The notes beneath the pieces were generated by a model. That model was given only the letters and a program-made list of their open reading frames with translations. It made no database searches and was not told the origin of the DNA. A stretch of 64,000 nucleotides of DNA from Tubiluchus corallicola (Eukaryota > Animalia > Priapulida), in NCBI GenBank assembly GCA_030141605.1, contig JAQGDQ010000001.1, positions 930,001 through 994,000 of the forward strand, in the 5' to 3' direction. Position 1 is the first letter of the stretch. Each line of letters starts with the position of its first letter. The translations under genes were made by a program, and so were the position numbers. Positions 41,398 through 53,720 of this stretch are shown in pieces.

Positions 41398-43464
41398 TAT
41401 GTACTAGGCCTTTTCAGAAACAAATATAACAATAATTTACAACAAGCAGATTTTATGGTTTTTTCCTACTGAAAAATCAAACTCACACGGGCCACTGGCT
41501 ACAAAATGAGGAAATAAGACTCAAAAGAAGAAAAAACAAGGGGATTAATTAAAGCAGGTCTGGAATTCAAGTATCAGTCTTTTGTTAACAATTATACTTT
41601 TTCAATAATTTAATTTACACAGTGAAATGTGCGTCTGTTTTTTTGATAGGCTAATTATTATCCACTGTTTGTCAACAATACAAAGGATGTACGCGATATT
41701 ATTAAACGTTGAAAGTATAGGATACATATGGATTAACATTAAGCTTTACTCAGTGAAATTAGCTTAATCACAGGAAGAGTAAATTTATGATTGCTGGATA
41801 ACAAGCTTCTAGCCTTAATACGTCTTACTGGGTCATACGTTATAGTTTGCTATTGCTAGCTCCTGGATTAGGCTATAGTATAAATCTGTAGTGCTTCCAT
41901 GAAAGAAGGTACTAGATGTAGTGTTTAGCTAATCTTAAAACAAGTGTCCAGACAACCTTAGCTAGAGAACTAAGTTGAAGGTCTCCATAAAATTAGTCAC
42001 ATTCCACTACTTATATAAATACCAAATACTGTTATTTTGTATTAATAAATCATGGAACGATTTAGACGAGGACTAAAAAAAGAGTACAAGACAAATAGAG
42101 AGGTGATGTCATTTTACTTATAATATATTTTAAACAACTTTTAATATGTGCATTTATTTTAAACATTATTTTTAATATGTGCATCACGTTTTCATAATTA
42201 GACGAAGTATATTACAAGAATAATTTTTAACAATCATGTTCATTCAAACAATCTGAAGGGAAGGATTTTACAAGCATCACACTTCATCCTAGCCTGCATT
42301 TCATAATTTTGATATTTTTTTTAAATTTTGTAATTCATTTTAATCATGTAACTTTGTGTTTTTGTACCCATGTATTTTATGCACTTAATGAAAAGTAAAA
42401 TAAATAATTATTACCATTATCAATCTGGTGAATTAGAAACCAATACTTCTTATTAATCATCACTTCTAGGCAAACAAGCTGATCAGCAGTAGTTTCAAAG
42501 TTACTGCTTAAATTGACTGACTGCTTCAAATATTTGAAGAAAAATATCTCCATAATAATTATACGTACATTCATACAAGACGGTTTTTGATATTAAGTTA
42601 CTTTGTGTGAATTATATTTTTACTGTAGTGCCCCTTTATGATGAGTTTATCATTTTTGTGTAACAGAAATAAGAAATGTACTAATTAGGCAAAAAAGATT
42701 TCAGATTAAGAAGCTTCCAACACACACACAACTTTTGCAGATGGTTCTGAATCTTGCCAAATCCTTTAAGCAGTGCACTGACAATAAATTTAATTTTCAC
42801 TTATTCAATTGGTTAAAACTATACAGCACTGTAATTTCTCAAAAAATTTTGTTTCTTTTTTCACAAACGCAATAATTGTTGGACAGCAAATCAAATGGAA
42901 GCATTGCTTCTCAAATGTGTGTGGTAAAAGTATGTATAATTTAAATGTTTAAGAAACACAATTCAAAAAATTACAAAAAAAAATATTACAGCAACTTCAG
43001 TGAGTGTTATCAAAGATAATTTTACTCTGCACATAGTAATTATTTACATGCACTTTTGCATGGTCCTTGTTATATATATTGCATATAAAACAATGTAAAA
43101 TAGTTTACAAATTATTACAACATATACAGTAAAAATACTAATTGACTGTTTCTCTGACAATTTGTTTCCCATCACAATTATGACTATCATTAACAAAAAG
43201 ATAAATTATAATACGTTTAACAGCCAAAAACAAAGACAAGTTAAAACAATTCAAGACAGTAATATAAAGATGTGACGCTGTTACTACAGGTCAATGCAGT
43301 AGAATAGTGAAAACGTTAAAAGTTTGAGTAGTTGCTTCATAGGGCCACCTGGTGTACAGAAATTGATCCAATGAACTGCAAATCCGCAACAACTATTAAT
43401 TTCAAGCTAAATCAATTCACCATGTCAAATCACACAAGTTTTTTTAATAAGTGAACTATTGTTG

Positions 43465-43695
43465 TTACATTGCCTTTTTCTTTTTATCGGGAGTATTCCA
43501 GTAATACAAAACTTGCAGGAAGATAATCAAATTAAAGCTGGAGGCAATCACATAGATTAACACAATCAAGGCATCTCCTGTTTCGTGTATGGAGGTAAAT
43601 ATTCTCGCTAATGAACCAGCCAAGAGGAGGAAAACTGTGATTACAGAAAGCTGACCAGTGCCTCCATTTTGGTAGTTGGTAAAGGTTTGAACAAA
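43465..43695 (-). CDS. MPDU1: MPDU1 last coding exon
   Basis: ttacag|TTTGTT; FVQTFTNYQNGGTGQLSVITVFLLLAGSLARIFTSIHETGD...YWNTPDKKKKAM*. Confidence 0.94.
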   Translation of the reverse strand, partial: FVQTFTNYQNGGTGQLSVITVFLLLAGSLARIFTSIHETGDALIVLIYVIASSFNLIIFLQVLYYWNTPDKKKKAM

Positions 43696-46600
43696 CTGTA
43701 AAATAATAAAAAAACTGTGATCATCTATTTGAACAAAAATGCAAGAAAATGTTATAGAAAGTAACTGAAAAATTATTTATAACCTTAACTTTTTAGAATT
43801 AGAATTAGAATTTTTGGGCTTTATATCACTTTTTCAAATAGTAAAAAGGTTACAAAATAAATTAAAATGACAACATTACAGCACTCCTCTTTTCTGCCCT
43901 GAAATGTTAATACAGAGTTCAGCTAGTGGACTGGCAAATGCAAAATGAAAATGAGGAAACACAAAGTTCTAAAAACAATTAAAAATTACTTCATTAACCT
44001 TCATATGGAACACTAATAACATATTAATAAAGATGTTTTGACAACTGTCATCAGTTTGATGGAACACATATATGATGAGAATTTAAAAGATGTTCTAAAG
44101 TTTAATTGTGACGTTCGCTTATAAATTATTACAAGTAAAATTACTACAGTATAATAATTTTGTAACTAGGTATCAAATGATAAATCACCACAAACTAAGC
44201 ATCCATTAATCAGATTCTCACTGTTTTTCCTAATAGAAAGGGCCTCTAGGGCAAGTATGATTGTTAGGCAATGGTCACATGCAAGGACTTCCCACGAAAA
44301 ATTACGAATTACGAATTACGAATATTACATATAAGTAATATATGTAAGCAAAAGAGTTATTTTGAAAGTTATAAACACATTAAATATTCTAAAATTTGTT
44401 GAGATGAAAGAATTCAAAGAACATGGACTGATAACTATTATTTTTAACTAGTTCTTAAACTCTTGTAAAAAAGATTTTTTTACGTGTGACAGGTTACTTT
44501 AACAATATAAGAATTCTGAAGAGTAAAACAGTTATGGTGATTAAACATTATGGTGAAATTTGTAGATTAAAAACTTAAACACACTATTTACTTCACTTAG
44601 AATCTGAGACAGCAGAGTCCTGATAATTTTGAACTACCCAATAAAGTTACTTTTTTGCATTATCATGTTAGTTAAGTGGATTCATATAGTTAATTAAGAA
44701 ATTACATAATTAACTAAAAATGTGCTTACTTTGCTACCAATTACAATGAAGATATTGGAGGACTGAAAATACCACAGAATATGAATAGGAACCAAGCCTG
44801 ACAACAGCAACAAGAAGCCAGCTACAAATGATATCACAAACAATGATCCTTCAGCAGATTTTTCTTGGTAATGCAGAATAAGAAAACATATTAATGATGT
44901 TTGAACTGACAAAAATGCTCCTTCACCCCAAGCACTAAAAAAAATAAAAAGAGGTATTAAAGATATTGCACTGCAATTAATTCTAAAAATCAAAAATATG
45001 ACATTTTAATACAATTCTCCAACTATCGTATTAATTATTATAATATTAATGCCAAGATTTGTCATGACAATAAGATTATAATAAATAATTAACTACCCAG
45101 GCTAAAATTAACTAAAACAAAATTAATTACTTAATTTAAAATTTCTCTAGTGTAAAGGATCTATCACTGGAAATGTTGAACTCAGTTGGCAGCTATAGGG
45201 ATGAATTTTGGACAGCCTTAACCAATGGGAATACTGTTGCCAAGTGGTCGGAGGCATCTGCCTTTGTAAGTAGGTCTATGATTCAAATCCAGGATGTGTC
45301 CTAACTTTTTCACATTTCCTATCTTTCAAGATTGATATCAAAATTTAATTAATTGTGGGTTTCTTCCATCGCTAACAATCACGCCAGAAAGTTTGCGTTA
45401 TTTGTACTTATGTAGTACAAAATCTCCAACTATTCTTTTTGCAAGGTAAGTGTAAACTATTTACAAAATTTTCATAATTTCAAAATAGCTTGAGTGTTGA
45501 AATGGCAGCCCAAAATGTTTTCATCAGACAATTTCAAACCTGCCTGGAAGAAAGCCTGAAACCAATTTCAAGTCTTTGAACTAAACTTTTTTGTGAACGG
45601 ACATATTAAAACATTTTGTTGCAGAAGCACCTTACTCAAGTGCATTTGCCATATCCAAATACCGTGTAACACAAAATGAAAACATCATAGTAGATATGCT
45701 ACTAAAATCTAATAATAATGGAGCAAAGGGCATGTATGTATGTAGTTCATGTTAGATCTTGAGATCCACACTACAACCGAGTGTTTTGTAAAACGTCTTG
45801 ATAGGTCTTGAGGGTGGCCGTTAGGTATTTGTTTTTGGAGAAATTCATTCCCTTTCAATATATGATCGATTTTATGATGCTCAAGTATTCTGTCCCAAAG
45901 AGGAAAATTCTTGCTAACATCACAACATTTTGTTACAATTCAGCTGCAGAATAGTTTGCCCGGTGACTGTGTGAACACTCAAGTTGTTTTGAAAATGTTT
46001 TGGTGAAAATAAATCACTTATTTCAAATTCCCTAAATTGCCTTATTACAATTAAATAAAACTGTTCACAGATTTATATCACACTAATGAATTAGCTTAAA
46101 CAAGCTCAGCAATTAAAAAAACAGTTTGTTAATGAATCTGAAATTTTTTGTTCTTACCAAACTGTTGCATAGCTAAAATTCTTTACTGACTAAGTTAAGT
46201 CAAGTTTCTAAGGTTATGATCCATAAAGATCATGGTTAAGGTCCATTCCAAGGTAGCGATCACACTCTGTTTACTCAGCTACTTTTCTAACTGCATACTA
46301 AGCGTAAGCAAATTTAACAAATTGTGTTACGCCTAGTACACACCTATTTAATGCTGATGCATTTTATGTTTGTTATTTGTAAAGAAAAAATTACCAACAG
46401 GTGGCAGAACCACACCACTTGTTAACTCAAAAGTTGTAAATTGTTTGTGCAAATGAGTCCAGGTTAAGAAAACAATAGCTACTCTTTTATCCTTTAGAAA
46501 TAACCTGAAATTTTTACTGAGAATCAAGAAAACTTCATGCAGTTTTACCTGAAAGGATATTTACTAGCAAAGCTGTAGGAAACAGTTGCTGTTACAGCCA

Positions 46601-49600
46601 TAAGTTCCAAGAATTGACTAAGAAAGCTTACACCTTCTCCACTTTTTGCTCCAAAAATTTTAATTATTTGTGGCAGTTTTACTGAAAAAGAAATTAAAAC
46701 TACATTGACATCTGTGAAAAGCATAGAATCTTTCTTGAATGACAGAAATGCAACATATTTTAAAAAGTTCTCAAATTTTTTATACCAAAAATTGCATCAG
46801 TTTAATAAATGACCCACAATATTAATGAATTTCATGTCCACTTCAAACATCCAACAAATGGAACAAAAAGTTAATGAAGATTAAAGTGCATCAGTAGATG
46901 CACAGAAAGATTTGAAATCATTAAGCAAATTTAACCAAAAATCAAATCTGATATTGGTTAATTTCAATGCCTATTTATTAAAACTCATCCAAAGAGTCAT
47001 GAGCAGACCTGCAAGAATTGCTGAATTAAAGAAACTAGTGCAGGGTAGCACATGATCTCAAAGTTACGCTATTAAACTGCGATAGTACTCACCTATCACA
47101 GCTCCAACTATAATTGCCAACCCTAGCAATTTACTAATTAGCACCTTCAAGCAGTCAACTGAAAGAAAAACGTAGGTGATAATCTAATTCATTTCAATAA
47201 AACTCTGCATTATTGATTTTAGATTCTCATGCACTTTTTCAAGAAATTAATGCATTTAAATTTCTTACTAAAATGAAAATGGTGCTAGTAGAGAATGTTA
47301 CTAAAGATCAGAAGCAGTGTGAGCAAATGCGCATGCTAAGTCTATGAAAAAATTGAATGTTTGTCAATTTCCACAAATTACTTGCCTCTTTGTATTATCA
47401 CACATGAATAGTCAGTTTCACAGATCTTTCCTTTTATTGCAAATGTTGACATCAATATTTTTCAGAGAAAGACTGAGACAAAAACCAACAAGAAAGGTTC
47501 TCTTCTAATTAATACTCGCGAAAACAAAGTGAAATGAAAATCATAGAAATTATAGACCTGTTGTTACAATCCATAAAAAATGTTGAAAAATTAGATAGTA
47601 AATATTTGTTAGCTGCTAATAAATAAATAAATATAACAATGCAAGGGGCACAATCGATATAAATAACAACTTACATGAAGTACACATACAAAATTACTTG
47701 CAAGTATATGAAAGATACACTAGTGAATTACTAGTACTGGCAAATTGTGTTCAAGGAATATCTAAGCAAAAATTATGTCAACATTAAGTTATTGAAGAAA
47801 TGTCAGTCAAAGTATATAGATCTAACTTTCTACTTGATCTACATTCCACTTATATCTGATTCTACTGAGCTACATATATACTAAATCACGTCAGCTAGAC
47901 AACTTAACAGAGCAAAAGGCCACTATAGCCTTTTTATACCTTGCTCCAAAGGAATTCATGGTTAAGCGATGATGTGCAACAGTAATTAGCTAAGTAAAAC
48001 TATAAGTATAATCCACAAAAGAAAGACTTCTATACAGTGCAGATGCGTAAATCCACAATATCGATATAAATTTCTTTAGAAGTGATTTATTAAATAAATG
48101 CATTTTTTATAACCAAATAAATACGTCTAGATTGTGTTCAGAACATTTTCAGCTTTAACTATTAATTAGTAGAAAGAGGTGAAAAATAAAAACTGAACTT
48201 TTAATGGGCCAAAACGTAATTGCCAAGAAATGGAAAAGTCTGAAATTATTAAGATTTCACTATAGCAAAATCTTTTTGCATATCGTACAATTATTATTAT
48301 TATTTTTTCTCTACAAACTTATCGCTTAATAACTCATTAGGCTTGCAACCTAGGGTCATGAGATTTACAGGGTGGGTAGCCCTGGGTAGGGGAAGAACAA
48401 CAGAGTGTTGATCTTTGACTTCTCGTCAGATGGTGAAAGGCAGTGGGCATCGGTCAGTTTTATGATTATGATTCAACTCTTCCTAAGGCTTACAGTTTTT
48501 TCAAATTTTTTCACAAGTGTTGTACTGTGGGGTAGATTGGAACCTGGGGTTTTAAAAAACTGGCAGGCTTTAAATTTCCAAGGGAAGGGCCAAAATGGAA
48601 AATGTGGGGTACCCCATTTGGTGACCTTTTACATGCTGAGAGCTAAGAACACAAAACTCACAGGGTACCCTCTCTGGGAAAGGGAACTATGTATACATGT
48701 GACCTGAGTTGCCAGGTCAAAGGTCACAGAACGGGCAAGCTTCATTTATTATTCTTAAGGATCCATCTGTTCCTATAGTTTTTGAGCTAGGGCAACAATA
48801 TTTGGTATTTGAATAAGTGGAGCCAGGTCCTTGGGTATGGCAGAACATGGATCATTTGAAGGGCAAAAATTTCCCACTAGGAGGCAAAAACCAAAAAAAC
48901 GGGGGTTGGGAACAGAAATGCATCAAGAGTCTATAAATACTACCACATAGCATATCAAATGCAAGGCCTCAATGAGAAGAATTCAATGGTATATGTTACA
49001 GTGATAATAGTTAACCTGTGACCCCTCTAGGGGATAAACCTGGGTTGAGGAGAGAAGTGCTTTCCAATGTCAACTGAAACTAGCTTGTAGTACATCAAAT
49101 GAAAGGTCTCAATGAGACAAATTGAATAGTATGTTATGTAGAGATTGGTTGGCCTCAGACCCCTGGGTCACGGGTTGAAATGTTACAAGTTGCTGTTTCA
49201 TTATGAAGTGCAGTTCCTATTCATTCAAGCAAAACAAATTCAATAAAGCAAAGCTAGAACTTTCAAAGAAAAGGCTGGCATCTTTTCAATGTCCTATTCT
49301 GTAACTACAGACTGTATTGTTTGCAAAATCTTCATTTTCTGACTACGTCAGAAACATCAACTAAGCATTATTGTTGTTATTAATAAAGCATTATTTAACA
49401 TGGATGATATTCTAACTATTCGGTTATTTACAGAATGGTCAACAAAACAAAATGAAAGGTAAATTAAAGAATTAAAAACACTGTAAGTGACATGTGCAAA
49501 TGCAAATATTTACAGTTCCATTAAAAATGGGAAATGCAAAGTATTAATGCTGTATAATTATTAGAAAAAAATGAACTAAAAGAAATGATTAAAATATTAT

Positions 49601-52432
49601 AAGTTGTAAAGACAAATGTAAGGTACAAAAATTATATTGCAATATTATGCTAAAAGACTGCGTAACCTAATGTAAAATTTGGGTAACTTACCTGGCAAGC
49701 ACTATTTCTTTTTCACCACTGGCAAGCTATTTTCACCACTTAAATTTCTTTTCTAGTAAATTGTTATACAAATGGGCATATTAAGACATCCATGATCAGT
49801 CCAACCCATTCCCATTACGAATGTCTATATGAGACGCAGTTTACAGTTGCTTGTGCTGTATTAGTACCACCATTAGCTATTATTAACGTGGTTAGTGATC
49901 ATTACACGCACTGTCATGTACTAATTTTGGTAGTGCTTATCATAGGCATACGGGGTCCCTGAATTTGGAAGGGGGGCAGAGGATTCTTTGCCCAAATTCT
50001 TAGAATTTCGCCCGATTTTTTAGGCTCCCGTTTCAACAAGTACAACCTTACTAAGTTCCTGATACCGAATACAAAAAGGCGTCATTTCTGATGGCATAAG
50101 ACTGAACTCATGAAGCTGATCAACATTATTTATTAGCCATATTGAAATGCAATGCACAACACATGATATGACCTATATGGCCAGATCTTGATAAGCTGTG
50201 CTCGTCTGTTTATGCACAAGCACCCGGATCATTAGGTTTCAAAGATTGTCATTGATTATGATATAAACAGTGTCCTAAGAACCAGAAGTGCAGCGATAAC
50301 TTCCAGAACAGAACAGTTTACTTCCAGTGAACATTGAATGACTGAGATGACAGAGCAATGGACCAGTAAAGAGGAACTATCCATATTTCATGACTGATAT
50401 ATGAATCGGTTACATAATCTGTCAAATCAGCAATTACCACGCAAGATGCAAGAATTAAGAATGCAGCAATGCACAGACACTTGACACTTCCTCACGTAGG
50501 TCAAATTAGCTCAGTAAAAGAATTTATCATGTTTGTTTTGTTCCGGAAATCTTTCATCAATGCGCGCGCACTGTCGACAGGCAGCGAAAAGAGTTTTATA
50601 AACAATCGGAGACCTGCAGAAAACTCAGCGACTAGTATATATTTTCAATTTTGCGAATGCTAATTGTTTCCAGACCACTCTCACTGCCGGTCTGGGACCG
50701 GGAGTCGGTGCGGATGACGCCTCGTGTGAGATCAAGATTCAGGCATCCAGGTGCATTCCAAAAATTATTACTCTCTCAAGATTCGGGGCATATTTGAATT
50801 CCAGGAAAAAATAAGGTGATGACGATTGAAATCTGAAAAAATATTAATTTTGAAGTTGAAAAAACTATTTTCTGAAAATATAAAGGGCGGTTCTGCCCGA
50901 ATTTGGGCATCAATTTTCCCCGAATTTTTCGAGACCCGAAAATTTGGGGGGCAGTCTGCTCCCCCCTGCCCCCACCCCGTACACCAATGATGCTTATATT
51001 GATGGAGGTTGTGCAACTACATGTGGTGTAGCACCTTTTAGGTATTAATTGTATAAACTATACCTGTTTGTTATATAGCCTTTATATAAAACTGCACTAA
51101 ATAACTGACTGGAATGTGTTATAACTACTGGTATGCTAAATGTAATCTAGAGATTAATTGCATCTACAACTACGTCTCCAAAATATTTGGCAGCCTCCAA
51201 GAAAAAGTAGGAAAGAAAAACTTAATTGTCTAGGTTCACACTGTCAATAAGATCTTTAACACCTAACTAGAGGAACATGCTACATTGCTAATATTAACTG
51301 CTTTCCAGTCTACAATGTAATTTATCATCCTTCAATAGTATTAGATCTTATAACGTCCATAAAGTCACAAAGAGGACTTAATGAGCAACACTACAAAATG
51401 CACAAATATTAGAGGTATTATAGAATGCAGCAACTATTTTTAGCTACTAGATTATATAAATGCTGATAGACTGAAGCTCCATAATATAGTTTAGCCAGGA
51501 ACAATTATAGTTAGTATACCCTGAATATAAGCTGAAAACCAATCATGTGCCAAATGCGCTTTAAGTGAAATATGCAAGGATCAAGGATACACATTTTCTG
51601 AGGAAAATTATAAGCATAAAAATTTCTTAAACTTGGGCTCCCAAAAGTCTGGCACCCATTCCTCAAATTTTGGCAACCTAGGCTGTAGCCTAGTTAGCCT
51701 AATGGTTAATACAGAGCTTTAATTCGTCTGAAAACTACAACTTTGTATGATTTAAATGAAGTACAGTAGGCTTAGTGGATTTGGACTTACTGTACCGGAT
51801 CCAGAGTCGGATCTGCCAAATCTGGCAAGTCCGAAAATCTGGATCGCTAATTGTGTGAATGACTGCACTGTGAACTTCGGAATGCGCTATTATCAAGCTG
51901 ATAAAGCACTTTCAAATCTTCCAATAGTATCAATACCAAACTGGCTGACCCAAACTGAAAGTTTGATCATTTTTTGTCATAAGGCTTGGGTTAATGATGT
52001 TAGCTTAGTGTCAAAGTTTTTTGCATCTCTAAATGAATGGGTTGCATTCAACACGTGGTCAATACAGAATATAGGATAACTGAATAGTATTATTATTCGA
52101 ATAGTTGAACCTTTGAATAATCGAGTATTCGTGTACATTCCTACATACTACACAAAATTTTATTTACAGTCGGTCTTCGATCTTGAATATATAAAACATT
52201 TACAATAAAGTTTTAGAATTTCGTCGACTTAATTAAACCTAATTATAAATGAAATTTAATATGAGTAGATATAAAACACTTTTAGATTATAACATTTTGC
52301 CTTTCCATTTTTTATGAAAACGAATATCTAAAAAAGATGTCTTTGAAATTTACCATGGCTAAAATTAAGCTGGAGGAACAGCTCCTGATAGCACTTTTCT
52401 GGTAGCAGATGTGTCGTTATAAACTCGTCCAT
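43465..52432 (-). CDS. MPDU1: Mannose-P-dolichol utilization defect 1 protein (Lec35, PQ-loop), spliced, 237 aa
   Basis: Five phase-compatible GT-AG exons: 52432-52354, 47158-47093, 46681-46549, 44934-44730, 43695-43465. LLPEKCY, SKLLGLAII, VKLPQIIKI, FSAWGE, NGGTGQLS, GSLARIFTS, QVLYYWN; C-terminal KKAM dilysine ER signal. Confidence 0.94.
44730..44934 (-). CDS. MPDU1: MPDU1 coding exon 4
   Basis: ttttag|TGCTTGG...AAA|gtaagc; SAWGEGAFLSVQT. Confidence 0.93.
45235..45360 (+). repeat. Single tRNA-like unit related to the 13.9-14.7 kb array
   Basis: TTGCCAAGTGG..GATTCAAATCC (45280); the following 52 nt match array unit 1 at 47/52 by hand alignment. Confidence 0.65.
46549..46681 (-). CDS. MPDU1: MPDU1 coding exon 3
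   Basis: ttcag|TAAAA...TTCAG|gtaaaa; VKLPQIIKIFGAKSGEGVS. Confidence 0.94.
47093..47158 (-). CDS. MPDU1: MPDU1 coding exon 2
   Basis: tttcag|TTGAC...ATAG|gtgagt; VDCLKVLISKLLGLAIIVGAVI. Confidence 0.92.
48290..49290. mobile_element. Probable non-autonomous interspersed element in MPDU1 intron 1 (class unresolved)
   Basis: GC-richer block with GGTCAAAGGTCA/TGACC motifs and an internal diverged direct repeat (ATCAAATGnAAGGnCTCAATGAGA at ~48954 and ~49094); boundaries approximate. Confidence 0.4.
49941..50989 (+). mobile_element. hAT non-autonomous element in MPDU1 intron 1
   Basis: TIR CATAGGCATACGG ... CCGTACACCAATG; 8-bp TSD GTGCTTAT / ATGCTTAT; subterminal G/C runs and GCCCGAATT repeats; broken RLNS..LINI and DLDKL..FMHKHP resembling a hAT transposase C-terminus. 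Confidence 0.8.
52354..52432 (-). CDS. MPDU1: MPDU1 coding exon 1
   Basis: aatcATGG; MDEFITTHLLPEKCYQELFLQLNFSH, donor gtaaat, phase 1. Confidence 0.88.
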
Positions 52433-53050
52433 GATTCAACTAGAATTAAAAAGTGCAACTATAATGCAAGACGCTGGCAGACGTACGGGAAAACGTCTCA
52501 CTCTCACTGTTTACTTTTCACTCTTAAAAGAAGGAGCACACCAGTACCAATGCTGCTTAGCGCTTACCATGTAACAGTTATTGTTGTTTTATTTTTTGAC
52601 AACACATTTAAAAATAATTTCTCTTCGACCGCTTTGACTCCTTTACTTTTGTGCCTGTGAATTTATAATGATTTGAAACACAAAAAATGAAATGCGTTTC
52701 AAATAAATTTAACACCAAAAAATCGCGGACGTAAACAGTAAACACTCCCAAACACAAAGATGTGACAAAAAGTAATCAGTAATTGCGTACTTGAAATCGA
52801 CGCTATAGCCCACTACTACACTGCACACGTGTGTCTCATGATTAATGAACTTTCGCCATCTACCGGCTGTGTTTTAAAATAAACAAGCAACAGAATTGCA
52901 TAAAAATTAATAGTAATCAATAATAGTTTTGAATGCATTCTCATGCATCCTTATGTTACTTACAAGGCAATTTCATTACATCTACTGTCCAACATTTTAA
53001 ACAATATCTACTTTTTATTTTATTAAGTTTTAAATTTTACACAAAAAAAA

Positions 53051-53143
53051 CGAGAAGAGAGTGAGAGAGAGAAACAGGAGAGAGAGAGACAGAGGGAAAG
53101 AGAGAGAGAGAGAGAGAGAAAGAAAAAGAGAAAGAAAGAGAAA
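53051..53143. repeat. (GA)n purine tract
   Basis: Direct inspection. Confidence 0.9.
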
Positions 53144-53593
53144 GATAATTCATATTTTTTCCGAATCATCATCACCAGCAATGAAAGTCATTATCGGCAT
53201 CATCATCTTCATTTTATTTACTTTTGTGTACTTTGTTGGCACTTTTGTGAGATGGGGCTGGTTGGCATTGTTATTACGACCAGGGATAGGATAAACACAC
53301 TGTTTTTTATCACATCCATTACTGCGATAGACAAAATTGAATAAAGACAATATCCCGAAGCTCCTAGGCTGGTCAGCAATAAGAGCCACGTTTTCACATT
53401 TCGCGCGCTACGTTCCAGCTAATGTCATGCGTGAAATGAAGATAAAACTAGCTTTTGAAGTGCGTTTGCAATGAAATCTTAACCATAATTGCGTGCTGCA
53501 TCATGGTTCATACAAAATTCGGTTTATTTATAAATATTTTGTTCTAAACGCCTATTTTATGTTTATTTTTATGTACAGATAGCCATTTAGTAA

Positions 53594-53642
53594 CACCACC
53601 ACAACCACCACTAAAACCACCGCCACTATCACCACCATCAGT

Positions 53643-53691
<49 letters not shown>

Positions 53692-53720
53692 GCATCAGCA
53701 TCATCAGCATCAACAACAAT
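53594..53720. repeat. Compound (CAC)/(CAT)n/(CAG) trinucleotide repeat
   Basis: Direct inspection; source of the poly-Met ORF. Confidence 0.9.
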
